NCBI GenBank assembly: GCA_043228905.1
Contig: JBHGNT010000003.1
Coordinates: 26,040,001 to 26,104,000, forward strand
DNA from: Azolla caroliniana
Taxonomy: Eukaryota; Plantae; Polypodiophyta
Length of the DNA stretch: 64,000 bases
Reading direction: 5' to 3'
The notes below the pieces were generated by a model. It had not been told where the DNA came from. It saw only the letters and a program-made list of their open reading frames with translations, and did no database searches. Shown in pieces: positions 1 through 14,843 of this stretch. The position numbers were made by a program, and so were the translations under genes. The first letter of the stretch is position 1. Each line of letters starts with the position of its first letter.

Positions 1-590
1 TTTTAAAAGCATATAAGCAACAAAATACAAAATAGATGGAAAGGAAGCGACTATCCTTACCAAGTCTGTCTTGTGTAAGACAATGGCTAGCCATGAATCC
101 TTCATTTGATAGATTTGATTGAGCACTTCCTCAATTTTCCCATTCTCAGCATATCCTACAATCAGTGCATTCCAAGAGACCTGTTCGTGGACTAAAAGCA
201 TGTTAAATACTACCTATTCCTGGCCAAGCGATCCACATTTAGCATACATATCCACTAATGTATTGCCGATGAAATAATCTCTTTCAATAGTTTTTTGTAT
301 AATTTCTTTGTGAATTTCATTGCATGCTAATGTAGCTATAATGTTACCACATGCTTTTAGGTAGCAAACAAAGTGGGACAGTATTTGTAGGGATGCCTAG
401 TCTTTGCATTTGCTCAAAGAGGGAAAGATATCCATGTTCCACATATCCTGCAGCCAATATATTCCATGAAATTGCATGTTTCATAGGAAGATCATCGAAA
501 ATTTCCTTTGTTATTGAGAGAAAACCACATTTGGCATACATATCACTAAGGTTTTGGCAATGAAGGTCTCGGTCTGTAACCCTTTCTTCA
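1..590 (-). pseudogene. PPR (PLS-type) gene fragment, frameshifted; runs off the window start
   Basis: Motifs MYAKCG...IFDDLPMKHAISWNILAAGYVEHG (ORF 344-541); a second repeat near 150-280 reads IGNTLVDMYAKCGSL and VSWNALIVGYAENG in different frames. Confidence 0.8.
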
Positions 591-844
591 CAATATCGTC
601 ATATGGAAACATATCAATTTATTGTTACTAGCCATTAATCAATGTATTGCTCCCTATTCAACCACTTAATTCTTTCCATCCTTTTTGCCCGTTTCTAGAA
701 CAATCTATTTCTTTCATCCCAAAATTTCCATCATAATTTTCCTTTTTGCTATAGTTTTGATGTCATATTTTTTATACATAGAAGATAATGTCCATGTATA
801 ATCTTCACCAAGTCGCATAATTATTAATTCACCTTGGAGCTAAA

Positions 845-1032
845 AACATTCTAAAGTGTTGAAGATTTGATATCATAACATATAGGTTGTTTGATTGTAC
901 CTTGGCCAAAGTGAATGGTACATGACATAAATGAGACTAACATTCTATAGTGTTGAAGATTTGATATCATAACATATAGGTTGTTTGATTGTATCTTGGC
1001 CAAAGTGAATGGTACGTGACATAAATGAGACT
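845..1032. repeat. Tandem duplication, 2 x 94 bp
   Basis: aacattcta.agtgttgaagatttgatatc...ataaatgagact at 845-938 and 939-1032, about 3 mismatches. Confidence 0.9.
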
Positions 1033-3547
1033 CCCCTTGTGATCCATTTCCATCACTTTTGCTAGAACACATTTCTTTAACGAATGTCGATCGGGGTAGT
1101 AGTTATTATTGGCTAGGTTTAAGAACTTTACGGGGTGGTACCTTTGATTATTAATATGTCACAATGTAGGATATCACTCTAGACAATATATGAATGTAAT
1201 TATGTGCTAAAGTGAATATGTACTTTTATGCTATGTAATTGTATACTTGATTTTAGAATGATATAATGCTAGTAATAACTTGAAATGTAGTCATTGAAAT
1301 ATGATGATTTGAATCACAACATGTACATGTTTTGGTACCAATCTATGGTTTAATGATAATAATAACCCCTATACAAGCTTTGGGTATTGAATCAAAAGAT
1401 TAACCACACTATCATTCTTTGATTTCTCCATTATAACTTCTTGATCCTATCCTTAATTGAGTTTGTAAATAATTTTTCACGGAGCAATAAAATGATTCCA
1501 CAAGTTTTAGAAATAGAATAGAAATAACATAAATTATAATATCTTGGGCAAATTCTCTACATTACATATCATGCCCATGATTTCAACAAAAGACGAGAAT
1601 GTACTAATGTTTTTTGTACCAAGCAAGCATTCTACTAGATGTCTCTAGGTAATATTATTTTCAAATTTGTAACTAAAGCGCTTATTGAATTTGGAAATGT
1701 TATAAACAACATGTTAGAGACGAGAATGGACTAATGTTTATAAAACATGACATCAATTTGGGTACTTATATGTTGTTTATCTTACTATCTTTTGATGTAG
1801 TCTCTTTCTTGGTCAACCCAAATGGTAGTTCACAGTTGATTGTTTCTTAGTAATTATTGTATTGAATTATTGTCTTATAGTCAACTAATTATGTGGATAT
1901 GCTAACTTGACGGACCAATTTATGTGTTGATGCTTTCCTTTACATGTCATTTTAAGATAGTTTTGTTCAAGCAATGTTGGTTATGAAACACAATCTGATG
2001 AAAACATAGCATTGGATTTTGTACAATGTACATAGATTGTAAGTTTCTTCACGTTTTTCTTAAATGTAACATACTTTGTTTCTTCTAACCAAAATATCAA
2101 GGACATACTATTATTTTCGCATTCCATGTTGCCTAGATGTGCATGCTTTATAGAATCTCTATTGCAACAATATCTTGATGTTGGATTTGTATTTGAATAT
2201 TCTAGTTGGGTGTACATTGAAACAAATCCATCATAATATCATGGATGATGTCAAAAATATATCATCATGATTGAAAAAATATAGTATCTTGTGAATATCT
2301 TCAATGCCTACCATCATATGGAATTGTGTGTCATGTGTCAAATTCCATGTTCGAATTTGTTTATAGTTTATTTGGTTCATTTCTTTCCCTAGCCCTACTT
2401 CTAGCTTTTGAGGATGATACGAATGGTTCCACTCTACCTCCACGGTTTTGGCTACGTCCCTCAATGACGACGAGGATGGTAATAACCCCATTTGGTGATG
2501 ATGCGTTTTCTTGCTTTCTTCCATCTTCATGTCAATAGCAAAATTGAACCAATAACAAGGTTACACATGGATAGAAACACCAAATTGTTCAATAGAGGGT
2601 GGATTAAGGCAAAGAGGTCTTAATCAAAGAGGTGTGATATTATGGGCAACAAGAGTGACAATTGACAAGGTTTAAGTTTGGGACTTTAGAGGACAACTTA
2701 GGAGGGTGCTTTAGTACCTTGAGGTTGGCATGTTAGGATTGGACACTAACCCACATCTAGAGATTGATCATTTAGCACATAATGGGGCTTTGTTAATGTA
2801 CTGATTATGGAAGTTTTCAATTACCCAAAGCATGCTACCTTTCCATTGGAAGGGGTGACCACTTTAGGCTAACCAATTGAAAAAAAAGTGGAACACATCC
2901 TCTTTGTGTTTAATTACTAATTGGGTCCGAGGGTAAAAATAGGGTTCATGCCAAATGCTACAGGGATGTATCATGAAGCATTTCGGAATTGTTTTTTCCG
3001 GTCTAAAGCATTGAAAACTTTTTGGTGCCATAGGGATAGTGAGCCCTAGTGTGGAACCATCTTGATGACTTGAGCGGGAATGTCAATCGTAGCCATGTTC
3101 ACACCTCGTTACATCAAGATTTGGTTTAACCACAGTCTAGAGGCAAAAAGAAGATAATAAAAATGGGGAATAGGGTCAACGAATATAAGCAATCCAATTC
3201 AAGGGATTAATTGGGGATGTACTACTAGATTATCGAGCTGGTAAACAGACTAGATCCACACGATATTCAACGTGGATAGGATGCACTCATTAAACACTTT
3301 TGCTTCAACGTGCACCTCCATGCATGACCACCATGCCTCCTCTAGATTCTCCAAGTGTATTATTGGTATTTATTGCACTTAAGACTTCCTTGTCTCCTTG
3401 CATTCATACTCCCTCGCACACTCTTGCTTGTTTTTTGACATCTTCCTTGCAAGTTGCCACCCTTCCCTTTTAATTTGTTGTGTGCTGATGGCCATACTCT
3501 CCAAAAAGACCTTTGTTGTGTTTGGCTAGAGGAAACAACCTTGATGG

Positions 3548-3835
3548 TTGAGGTATTGGGAATTTCATCATAATTGGGTTATGCACAATGCTTTTGTATT
3601 TGATGGTAGGCATGGGGTCAAAGCATATTTAGAAACGTTGAAGGGAGTACTAATGTGGCAATTTTCTTTATTGGAGCAAGTACAAAATCTTTCATTGGTG
3701 GAATGTTCGTCTTATATATTGGCAATTCAACATGTTCCACTAGCCGTGTAATTAGTGGGTGACCATACTCTATTGCGACGCCCATTGTAAGTAGTGTTTT
3801 CCACACACATTTATTAATATAATCATGTGTTTCAT
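3548..3835 (+). mobile_element. 5'-truncated 3' end of an L1-type LINE, same family as the tail at 15940-16220
   Basis: HNWVMHNAFVFDGRHGVKAYLETLKGVLMWQFSLL matches HNWDIRNAFVFDSRHGVKAYLQKLKGVLMWQFSLL; both end cacacacatttattaatataat followed by (GA)n. Confidence 0.8.
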
Positions 3836-3895
3836 GAGAGAGAGAGAGAGGGGGAGGGAGAGAGAGTGAAAGCAAGAGTGGTCATGGGTTCAACC

Positions 3896-4096
3896 CATAG
3901 TACGTAAAATTCGTGTTCGTCTAGCATAATGTTCGTTTTCCTACGTTGGTTTTTTTTTCTTGTGTTTTTTCCCCCTTTTTTAAAGTTTTTTTTTTTGTTT
4001 TTTTCCATTTTTTAGGTATTTACCATTCGTCGAGGGTGTTTACCATACTCGAATGATCGAATGATTGAAACATTTGCGAATGCGAATGCACGTATG
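3896..4096. mobile_element. Non-autonomous hAT-like MITE, copy 1
   Basis: Starts CATAGTACG and ends ACGTATG; gttcaacc on both sides (3888-3895, 4097-4104); inverted homolog at 47058-47326. Confidence 0.65.
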
Positions 4097-4164
4097 GTTC
4101 AACCCCTCCATTCCATAGTGGCATTTTGTGAATTAAGCGATATATATGGTGTAATAGAGAGGTG

Positions 4165-4232
4165 AGAAAATTAGGTTTCGAACCCAAGATGTTGTGCTAG
4201 TAATATAAACGACTTACCACTAGGGTAAGCTA
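4165..4232 (-). other. tRNA-like/SINE-head module with Pol III A and B boxes; homolog at ~16366-16428
   Basis: Minus strand reads tagcttaccctagtggtaag...cttgggttcgaaacct: A-box-like segment and B box GGTTCGAAACC. Confidence 0.5.
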
Positions 4233-4713
4233 GTTACGATAAAAAAAAAAAAGTAAGAATGAAGAGGGGAAGAAGAAGAAGCGAATTTGTTTTTGTTGTT
4301 GCACTCTCTATCAGCAACAGATTTGGGTATAAAGATAAGCGTTGGAAAGCCCTTAGTTAGAGCTTCGTAAATTATATGTAGTATTTCATTCCCCTAAACA
4401 TCGAAGTGCATTGTTAGCTAAAGTTCCAATGTTTTTTGATAAATGATTAGTGCATGTAATGCAATGGTCCCCTCTAGTGGACTATCATGCTTCATTGAAG
4501 CAAGAATGCCCCGTTTGGGTAACAATGGATTGTAAGCATGCATTTTTATGGCCACTTTTACCAAAGTTGATGAGTCGAATGGGTAAAGTGTTGGTATCTC
4601 CATCATAGTTGTAAAAAAACGTGTATTCTACGTTTAGAGTACATTTTAGAATACTCTGAAGTATTATACACGTATTGTATGTTTTAGAATTGCTGTTTTT
4701 AAAATTTTGACGT

Positions 4714-5486
4714 TGTTGCGTTGTTACGGGCGTGCGTGTAGAAGGGGCGGGACCACGGGGGTCTCAGACGAGGGAGAAAAGGGAAGCCAAGAAAACCCGA
4801 TGCAGATGCAGCCGAACACGGGAGAGAGAAAGGAGAGGGAGAGCATGCGCGCGACATCGACTTTTATGTACAATCCAAAACAAAGGAGGGGGGCCTATGC
4901 ACCCGACACCAACAAAGACACCATTATGCACAAACAGATACAAGCATGTATATTACAAGGGAAAGAATACAACCCCGGCTTCGAGCCGAACCAAGGTAGG
5001 TTACAACCGCAGTCGGCTGTCGAGCCGCCGGTCGAGGAGCTCACGGGCTATCTCACCGAGCGGGGTCTTGCATAAGAGACCGAGCAGAAGCAAACCTACA
5101 ACAGGGAGAGATACAACCCCGGCCGCGAGCCAGGTACGCTCAGAAGAAGAGGAGTTAACCTAACAGCTTTCCCGCCATAGTTGCCGCCCGACTTCTCGAG
5201 AAGGAGAAGAAGGAAAGAATGTAACTAACCCTAGAAAAGAAGCACAAAATGGTATACCCTTACGACTCAAAATGGGCAACCCTTTCACAAGAGGCGCTCC
5301 CTTCCTTTTATAGAACAAGGAGGGAGATGCGTTACAATGTGGGATAAATCCCTTATACATGGGATCCTCTGTCCCGACTTAACTCCTAATATTCACACGT
5401 TTTTACAAGGGTAGCTGCACATGGTGCACACCGCCGATTCCCCCGATATTCTTCGATTCCGCCTAGGGACGGTTTTCTCCATGACA
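4714..5486 (-). mobile_element. Solo-LTR-like element, family A copy 1, 4-bp TSD ACGT
   Basis: Termini TGTTGCG...CATGACA; ACGT at 4710-4713 and 5487-5490; minus-strand TATA (ctataaaaagg) near 5310; homologous to 7127-7986. Confidence 0.8.
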
Positions 5487-7126
5487 ACGTATTCTACGTA
5501 TTTAACAAGTATTTATCATTCTACGTATTTAAAATTTGATGTATTCTACGTATTTAACAAGTTTAATGGTTATAGATAAGAGGAAAAATGGTTGGATAGA
5601 ACTAGTAGTGATGTTGTTGTTGATAAAGATTGACTTTGGGTTATAGGCAAGTCGAATGGGAAATCAATGAATATGCAAGTTTGCCCACTACTTGGCAAGG
5701 TAATTCAGGAATTAGGGAGGGTCCTCGAAAAGTTCCTTGGCAAAGACAATTTAGGGATAAGGGACTACCCCTTCACCTTCAATTTGATTCAATGGGACAG
5801 GTTGTAAATTCATCGAATTCTCGAGGTTTTCATCAATCGGGAGGACATCAATAAAAGATTTTGATAGACAACCCTAAGGATGTGGTGCATAAAAATCCAT
5901 ATGCAGCATTGGAATATGCTTTGACTAGTTGCATGACATCGATTGTTGTAAAGGAGCAAATGCACCCATAACATTATTGATTGAATGAAAGTGATAACAT
6001 GGAATGTGAGAGGGGCATGTTCTCCTCATAAGAAGTATATATTATGGGAAACTTTGTTAAGTAAAGAATGGGATGTATTATGTGTATGAGCATAACTGTC
6101 ACGAGTTAGTTGGATCCACAATTCATTTGCATGGATATTTATCATTCTATACAAGACATGTTAATAATCATTATTCAGGTGTGGTATTAATCAGACCCTA
6201 TGCGTGGGCCATCCAGGATTACTTATGGGTGATTTTAACATGTGTGTTGATGCATCTCAATTTACGTCTGAACATTCAATCATGGATGATGCTGAGCAAC
6301 TTGCGTGGGATTGATTGGCTATGGAGGTTTTGAAGTTGGATGTTTGGACATGGTTGCATGGGAATGATCTAGGTTTTACCTTCCAATCCGCTTAACATAG
6401 ACAAACATGGAGTAGGTTAGATAGAATGCATGTGATGCACGCTGATTCTTTTTTACTGACATCACTTCCTATGATAGTTCTACAAGATGTAGGAACTTTA
6501 GATCACTTTCCTATTTGTTTGGAGGTTTGTAGTCATGCAATTGACATGTATAAATCCTTACTTGGAAAGCTTCCATTACGCTTTAACTCTTCTCTTTTGC
6601 TTCAACTTCACTTTGATTTTCTCATGGAGCAAATTTTGGTAAATTTTTCACAACAAGTGAATCTTAAAGGAGTTAAATTTTTCACAACAAGGGAATCTTA
6701 AAGGAGTTAAAGCATGGGATATCACGTTACGAAACATTATGATCATTCATTGTATGTATGGAATAACTAATGCTCAACGAAGAAGAGGTTTTCTTCGACA
6801 ATTCTCGCAAGTTCTCTCTAGGTGTAATGCACTATTGATACATGCACCATTAGATGAGGAGCTCTTGGATATCCAGACTCAATTGCAATGCCAAAGTTAT
6901 CGTTATGCTAAGATGCGACAACTCAGGGACGGGCTCATAGATAATCAATGTCAATCTCATTTGTTTTTCCAAGTGTTACATCCTACTTATGCTCGATCTA
7001 ATGTGGTACATGTGAAGCAAGAGGATGAATTGATAGTGGATCCTACTACAATAATTGACATGTCATTACTTTAAGGAGTTGATTGGCCCACAATTGTTAA
7101 TGACAAATGAGGTGAGTAGAGCACGT

Positions 7127-7986
<860 letters not shown>

Positions 7987-8641
7987 ATGTCATGAGTTTT
8001 ATGATGTGGTTGGATGTATTGTGCATGTTCTCATTAGTCATGAATTGGATGCGAATTTCACTGAGGATGAGGTGGACACGTTTTTAAGACATCTTCCTAG
8101 TGGTAAGAGCCTGGTTGGGATTGCTTGACAAATGAAGTTTTTAAGCGAAATTTGAACATTTTAAAGGAGCCCTTAACTTTGATGTTTCAACATTCTTGGG
8201 ATTTTGGTTGTATGCGTCAAGCTTGGAAGGTTGGTCTAATTAAATTAGTTCCAAAGGTGACATCTCCCGAGTCATTTCATCAATGGAGACCTATTTCTTT
8301 GATTGGGGGATTGTATAAGATATTTACAAAGGTCTTGGCAAATAGATTACAAAAGTATTTGCCAAAGTTGATACATCCCGCCCAATATGGCTTTACTGCA
8401 TGTAGGAATATATCGCATAATGTGTTGAATGTTCAAATGACCATGGATTATGCTCGAAACACTCATCAAGAATTGATTATGGTGCAATTAGATTTGGAGA
8501 AAGCTTATGATCATGTTAATTGGTCCTTAAATGTTTCTGGGTTAATGTATCCAATGGCCTTTGGACCTCGTATCTCTCGCCTCATATTTTTTATTAGGGT
8601 AATGTCTCCAACAATGCTTAATGGGGGAGTTACATCAGATA

Positions 8642-11600
8642 TGTTGGGAAACAAGTCCCTCTAGAGGGGACATGTCGGACAATTGGATCCGGACGAGGAT
8701 CCGGATTGGCCATGAAGACATCCGACAGGCATCCGGAATCTGGAATCCGGAAAGCATTCGGATTCCCGATCCAACCGTAGTCGATTAGAGGCTATATTTG
8801 TAAATAACCATTATAATGTATAAGTATATATATACTTAGGGCTAATATGTTTGTTGTAGTTGTTCTAGAGTTAGTTGCCAATATATAGAGTGTGAGACCG
8901 AGGAAGAGTGAGTGGGTGCGAACTCTATTGTAACCGTCGGTTTGGTGAAGAGGAGCATAAGGTTATTGCCTTATAGTCTCCTATGTACTTCTTCTCCCAC
9001 TCTAGTGATTCATTGGAGTTTGTGGACTCCCGTGGTTTTTCCATTTCATGGTTTTCCACATTAATATCTTGTGTCATTGTGTCATTGCATCATCTCTGTG
9101 TTTAGTACTATGTTTTTCCCCTCTTGTGCTTGGGATTCGGTTGTGTCTGAGCCTCATTTCCTAATAAATTAGTATCAAAACGAGGTTCATAGCCTTCAAG
9201 TGAAAGAAAATGGAAGACTCATTTGGTGGAATGTTCAAGCTAACTGGCTCCAACTACTCTGTCTGAAAGTCGAAGATGAGGGACATGCTTGTATGTGAAG
9301 ACTTATGGTTGACGGCGCAATACGGCAAAACCAAGCTTGACAAGATCGATGCATCGACTTGGGAAGTCATGCATCTAAAGGTTCGGCATACATAAGGTGT
9401 TTTATAGACATGAGTCTATACAATAACTTCAACGAAGAGACAAATGTTGAAGTCCTGTGGAAGACGATCGGGTTCATGTTTGAGAACAAGAATGCCGTAA
9501 ATAGAGTCTCAGTCTTCAGAAAGATAGTGAGACTTAGGTATCAGGATGGCTCCAACATGGCAGAGCACCTGAACGTCTTCCAAGGAATAATAAACTAAAC
9601 TACCTCTCTAGAAGTACCTTTGGCCGACAAGGTACTAGCATTGTTGTTGTCGGGATCCCTTTCGGACAGTTGGGAGACGCTCGTGGTGACCTTGGAAAAT
9701 GCAGGACCACAAGGGAAGCAGTTGTCCCTCGAGATGGTGAAGTCGATCTTGTTGAATGAAAAGCTCGCTGGAAGAACAGAGAGTTTGCCTCCAATCACAA
9801 GGCCCTAGTCACAGAATGTGACTCCAATAGAGGAAGGGGCCGGCAAAGAAGTCCACAAAACAAGAACTAGTCTAGACCGAGGTCAAAGTCGAAGGGAAGA
9901 CCCACATGCTTGTATTGTGGGAAGCCGGGGCATTTCCAAAAGAAATGCCAACACTACCGAAAAGACAAAGGGGGAGCTGATGGTGTTGAGTCAAAGAAGA
10001 TTCTGGACAACAAAAACACCTTAGCAATCGCCTTGCGCGAGGAGCTGTTGTTCATTAGCGAATAGTACGAAGTTAATCTTGCCGGAGAAGAATCGACATG
10101 GGTGGTCGATTTAGGTGCATCATTTCACTTGAACCCCACAGAGAACGCTTCTCATCATACACGATTGATGATCACGGATATGTGAAGATGGGAAATGACG
10201 GTGCATGCAAAATAGTTGGAATCGGAGAGGTATGTTTGCTGACGTCAACAAGTTGTAGAATGGTATTGAAGGGTGTGTGCCATGTTCCGGACATCCGATT
10301 TAATCTGATATTGACAGGACGGCTCGACTACGAACGTTACAATGGTACCTTCCGAAACGACACCTAGAAATTCTGCAAGAGAAACCTTATTGTGGCCCGT
10401 GCTTGGAAGCAAAGGACACTATACGTGATGCACGCACAGTTGAACCGAAACGAGTTTAATGTGGCAGCCGACACAACTGATGAGTTGTGGCATAAGAGGC
10501 TGTGCCACATGAGTCAGAAGGGCATGCAGATGCTAGCCAAAAAGGAACTCCTACTTGAGGTGAAGAAAGTGCATCTGGACAAATGCCCTGATTCCCTGGC
10601 CGAAAAATAGAATAGGACCACCTTTCACCTCAGGCCTCCAATGAGGAAGAAGATGCCACTAGAACTCATGCATACAAATGTATGTTACATAGACACAAAG
10701 TCTCATGTTGGTTCATAGTATTTCGTGACCTTCATAGATGACTATAGTAGGAAATTGTGGGTTTCCACATTGAAGACAAAGGACTAGGTGTTGTCCGTCT
10801 TCAAAGAATTCCAGGCAAGAGCGGAAAGAGAATCCGGAAAAAAGCTGAAGGCTATCCGAATGGATAATGGAGGGAGTACAAAGGGCAGTTCAAGGAATAC
10901 TACTGGGCTCAAGGTATCCAACTGGAATACACAATGCCGAAGACTCCGAAACTAAACGGAATGGCCGAAAGGATGAACGGACCGTGATGGAGAGGGTTCG
11001 ATGTATGCTTGCACACATTAAGTTGCCGAAAACCTACTGAGATGAGGCTTTGAAGACAATTGTCTACGTGATAAACAGGTCTACCTCGGTTCCCTTGGAA
11101 GGTGATATCTCACAGAGGTTATGGACGGGGAAGGATATGTCATACCAACATCTGAGGGTGCTCGGTTGCCTAGCATATGTACACATTGCTAAGAACCGAA
11201 GAAGAAAGCTAGATCCTAAGAGCAAGCCATGTATGTTCTTGGGGTACGACGAAGATGAATTCGGTTACCGGTTATGGGACCTGATAGACAAGAAGGTAAT
11301 CAAGAGCCAATACATAGTCTTCATGTAAGATAAGACTATCGCCAGGTAAGAGAGGGAGAAGAAGGGATCATCCTTCGAGTCAACCGACAAAGAGCATTTA
11401 GATGTAATAAGTACCCAACCGGTCGGAAATCGAATTTTAATCAAAGAACAAAGAGAACCGGTGGATTCGGGCAAGGAACCAAAAGTCATATATGAATCGG
11501 ACTTGGATGAAGAGCCGACTAAAGAGGAAGATGTAGAACCAACGGTAGATAACCAAGGCAGGAGATACCCTCTGAGAGAGAGAAGGCCCCCCCATAGATT

Positions 11601-13126
11601 TCTGGATGAAGAGCATGTACTCTTAACTAACGAGGGGGAGCCTGAAAGCGTTGAGGAAGCGAAGAGAGATACACACATTTGAAAGTGGTTGAGTGCCATG
11701 CAGGATGAAATGGATTCCCTGCATTTAAACCATACGTATGAGCTCACAGAGTTGCCGAAAGGAAAGACGACACTCCAGAACAAGTGGGTGTACAAATTCA
11801 AACCGGGAGATGGTGGGAATCCACCCAGATACAAAGCCCGAATTGTGATGAAAGGCTTTCGGGAGAAGAAGGGTTTAGCTTTTGACGAAATATTTGCTTT
11901 GATAGTGAAGATGAAATCCATCCGGACGGTGCTAAGCACAACAATTAGCATGGACTTAGAAGTCGAACAACTGGATGTCAAGACAACTTTCTTGCATGGA
12001 GATTTGGAGGAAGAAATCTACATGTAGCAACCTAAAGTGTTTGTGGAGAAAGGAAAGGAAAACTTCGTATGTTGGCTAAAGAAAAGCTTGTATGGGCTAA
12101 AGCAAGTACCCTGGCAATGGTACCCAAAATTGGAGTCCTTCATCATAGATCATGACTTCTACAAGACATAAGCCGACCATTGTGTCTTCGTGAAGAGATA
12201 TGACGGAGGAGACTTCCTGATCCTCTTGTTGTACGTTGATGACAAGTTGATTGTTGGACAGGACCCGACGAAAATCGGAAGCTTGAAAAAGGCCTTGAGT
12301 AAGTCATTCGCGATGAAGGATATGGGTCTAGCAAAGCAAATCCTGGGAATGCACATCGTCTGGAATAAGACAAAGAAGTTGTTGTGGTTGTCGCAAGAGA
12401 AATACATGACAATGGTGCTCTAGAGATTCAACATGGAAAACGCGAAGTCGACGGGCTTGACATTGCCAACAAACGGCAAGTTGTCCAAGAGACAATGTCC
12501 GAAGATGAAAACGGAGAAGACTGATATGAACAAGGTCCCATACGCCTCAGTAGTCGGAAGCTTGATGTACGCGATGGTTTGCACCAAGTCGGACATCGGA
12601 TATGATGTTAGAGTCGTCATCCAGTATATGAGCAATCCCGGAAGAGAGCATTGGGTTGCAATGAAATGGATACTTTGATACCTAAGAGGCAGCTTGAGCG
12701 TGTGTCTTCGATTCGGCTTAGGTAACCCCATACTAGAAGGTTTCACTAACTCAGACATGTTGGCTCATGTGGATACCGGCCAGTCCACGTCTGGGTATGT
12801 GATGACATATGCATGGGGAGCTGTCTCGCGACAATCAAGATTGTAGAAGATTGTGGCGTTGTTGACCACAGAAGCGGAGTACATGGCTACTGTTGAAGCC
12901 GGCAAGGAGATAATTTGGATGAAGAATTTCATCAGTGAGTTGGGGATTTGACAAGAGAAATTCTGACTCCAGTGCGACAATCAAAGTGTCATCCACCTTG
13001 CAAAGAATGCCACCTATCACTCGAAAACTAAGCACATCCAATGGAGATATCACTGGCTTTGAGAGAGGGTATAAGAAAGGGATTTTGACCTAGTGCAGAT
13101 TCACACGGATGAAAATGGATCGGATG
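8642..13126 (+). mobile_element. Ty1/Copia retrotransposon (Tnt1/Tork-like), decayed, with 5' LTR only
   Basis: LTR 8642-9166 (TGTTGG...CTAATA); decayed tRNA-Met PBS (tagtatcaaaac) ~9170; gag from 9210; CHC knuckle ~9910; protease; LWHKRLCHMS; integrase; RT QLDVKTTFLHGDL and LLYVDD; RNase H truncated at IHTDENGSD. Confidence 0.95.
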
Positions 13127-14161
13127 CCCACAGAAGATCTGTTCATCAAGGGTGCCCACTTAGCCCATTGTTGTTTGCTATTGTTACTCATCCCTTGCTA
13201 GTGATGTTATCAAGGCTTGCAACAAATGGTGACATTCTGCTTCTACACCTTCCGTCTAGAGGGCAACTAGTAGCACAAGCTTTGGTTAATGATTCTTTCA
13301 TGTTTTTACAAGCCTCACGAGAGAATCTTGAGAAGGGGATGCTTGTATGGAACCAATTTGCATTGGCTTCCGGATTACATATTAATTGGAGGAAGTCTAG
13401 TCTCATATCATCTACTAAAAGGGATTTGGAATGTTTAGGATGACAAGGATCCGTGTTGAAGAAAATGTCTATTTTTCGACAATTGGGATATCCATTGGGA
13501 ATGAATGTTACAAATGGTCAATTGATTGAATGAATGTCTAGTAAGTTGAGGGATAAGTTCATGTATTGGAACAATCTTGGCCATTTTGTGTATGCTTGAC
13601 GATTGTACAATGTATTATGGAATCATGATATTATATTACTTGCCATTGTTGTCATGGACAAAGAAGGCTTTGCATTCTGTTTTGCAACCTCATCGATATT
13701 ATTTGTGGAAGAAGAGGGATAAGATGGGAATCACATGGGTTACGTGGAATCATCTAGACTCAACCCCTAAGCGCTTGGAGGGAGTTGGAATATTGAACTT
13801 ATCTATGCATATGATGGCTTGTAGAATTTCATTATTACAAGACATGTGTTCGAAGTCACAACCATGTATATCTATTGTTCAATATTTCATTGAGAACAAG
13901 GCTTTAACACATGGGAGGACAATGATTAAGGCTTCATGGTGGCAATTACTGAATGTATGTATTTCACTTAGGATTCCGGGCTCTTCGTGTGTTCAACACT
14001 TGGTTACCTCATGGCAAGAAGCACTATTGTTATGTGTATAGAAACCATTATCTAGTAGAGAGCATTGTAATTCTTTGCAAAAAGAGTCACTTGTGTCTTC
14101 TCGGTTATTATGTTGGCCAAGAAAGGAGCGATTGCGCTCTCAATTTAATCTTTTGTTTCGT

Positions 14162-14667
14162 TTGGGGGTCAAAGAGGTGGGAGAGATAGTTGAGGCTCCA
14201 CCTCAAAGAATTTTGGAGTTTGTTGAAGCACGTCAATTATTACGCATCCAGCCTAATTATGGGTTAAATTATCTGGCAACAACTACAAAATATTGCATTG
14301 ATGCAAGGTCCCTTACCTCTACAAATAGGAGAACAACCGTGGATTGTTTACGGGGTCAAACATCATTGTTATAAGTGACTACTAATCTTTTGTATCATTG
14401 CTTCGTTGAGTCTCTTGGGGGTCAAAGAGGTGGGAGAGATAGTTGAGGCTCCACCTCAAAGAATTTTGGAGTTTGTTGAAGCACGTCAATTATTACGCAT
14501 CCAGCCTAATTATGGGTTAAATTATTTGGCAACAACTACAAAATATTGCATTGATGCAAGGTCCCTTACCTCTACAAATAGGAGAACAACCGTGGATTGT
14601 TTACGGGGTCAAACATCATTGTTATAAGTGACTACTAATCTTTTGTATCATTGCTTCGTTGAGTCTC
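14162..14667. repeat. Recent 2 x 253-bp tandem duplication inside the LINE
   Basis: Units 14162-14414 and 14415-14667, one mismatch seen; ttgg microhomology at the junctions. Confidence 0.95.
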
Positions 14668-14843
14668 TTGGAGGACTATAATCTAAGGTTGAAGAAGAAT
14701 GGAAAAATTTACACAAATATGATCATGGGTGGTCGTAGATCTTATAACGTGGTTGGCATTCTAAATTTCCACTTGTAGCAAAGGTCTTCATTTTGAGAGT
14801 TTTGATTTTAGTATTGCCTTTGGGATTACCTCTAAAGTGTCGT

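Noticed and set aside
1100-3500. Possible LINE ORF1/RT remnants
   Set aside because: Too decayed to assign by eye.
4707-5360. ORFs of 66-143 aa in the GC-rich insert
   Set aside because: They lie in a solo-LTR-like element, are not conserved in the second copy and show no domain motif.
11265-11981. 238-aa minus-strand ORF
   Set aside because: Antisense shadow of Copia pol.
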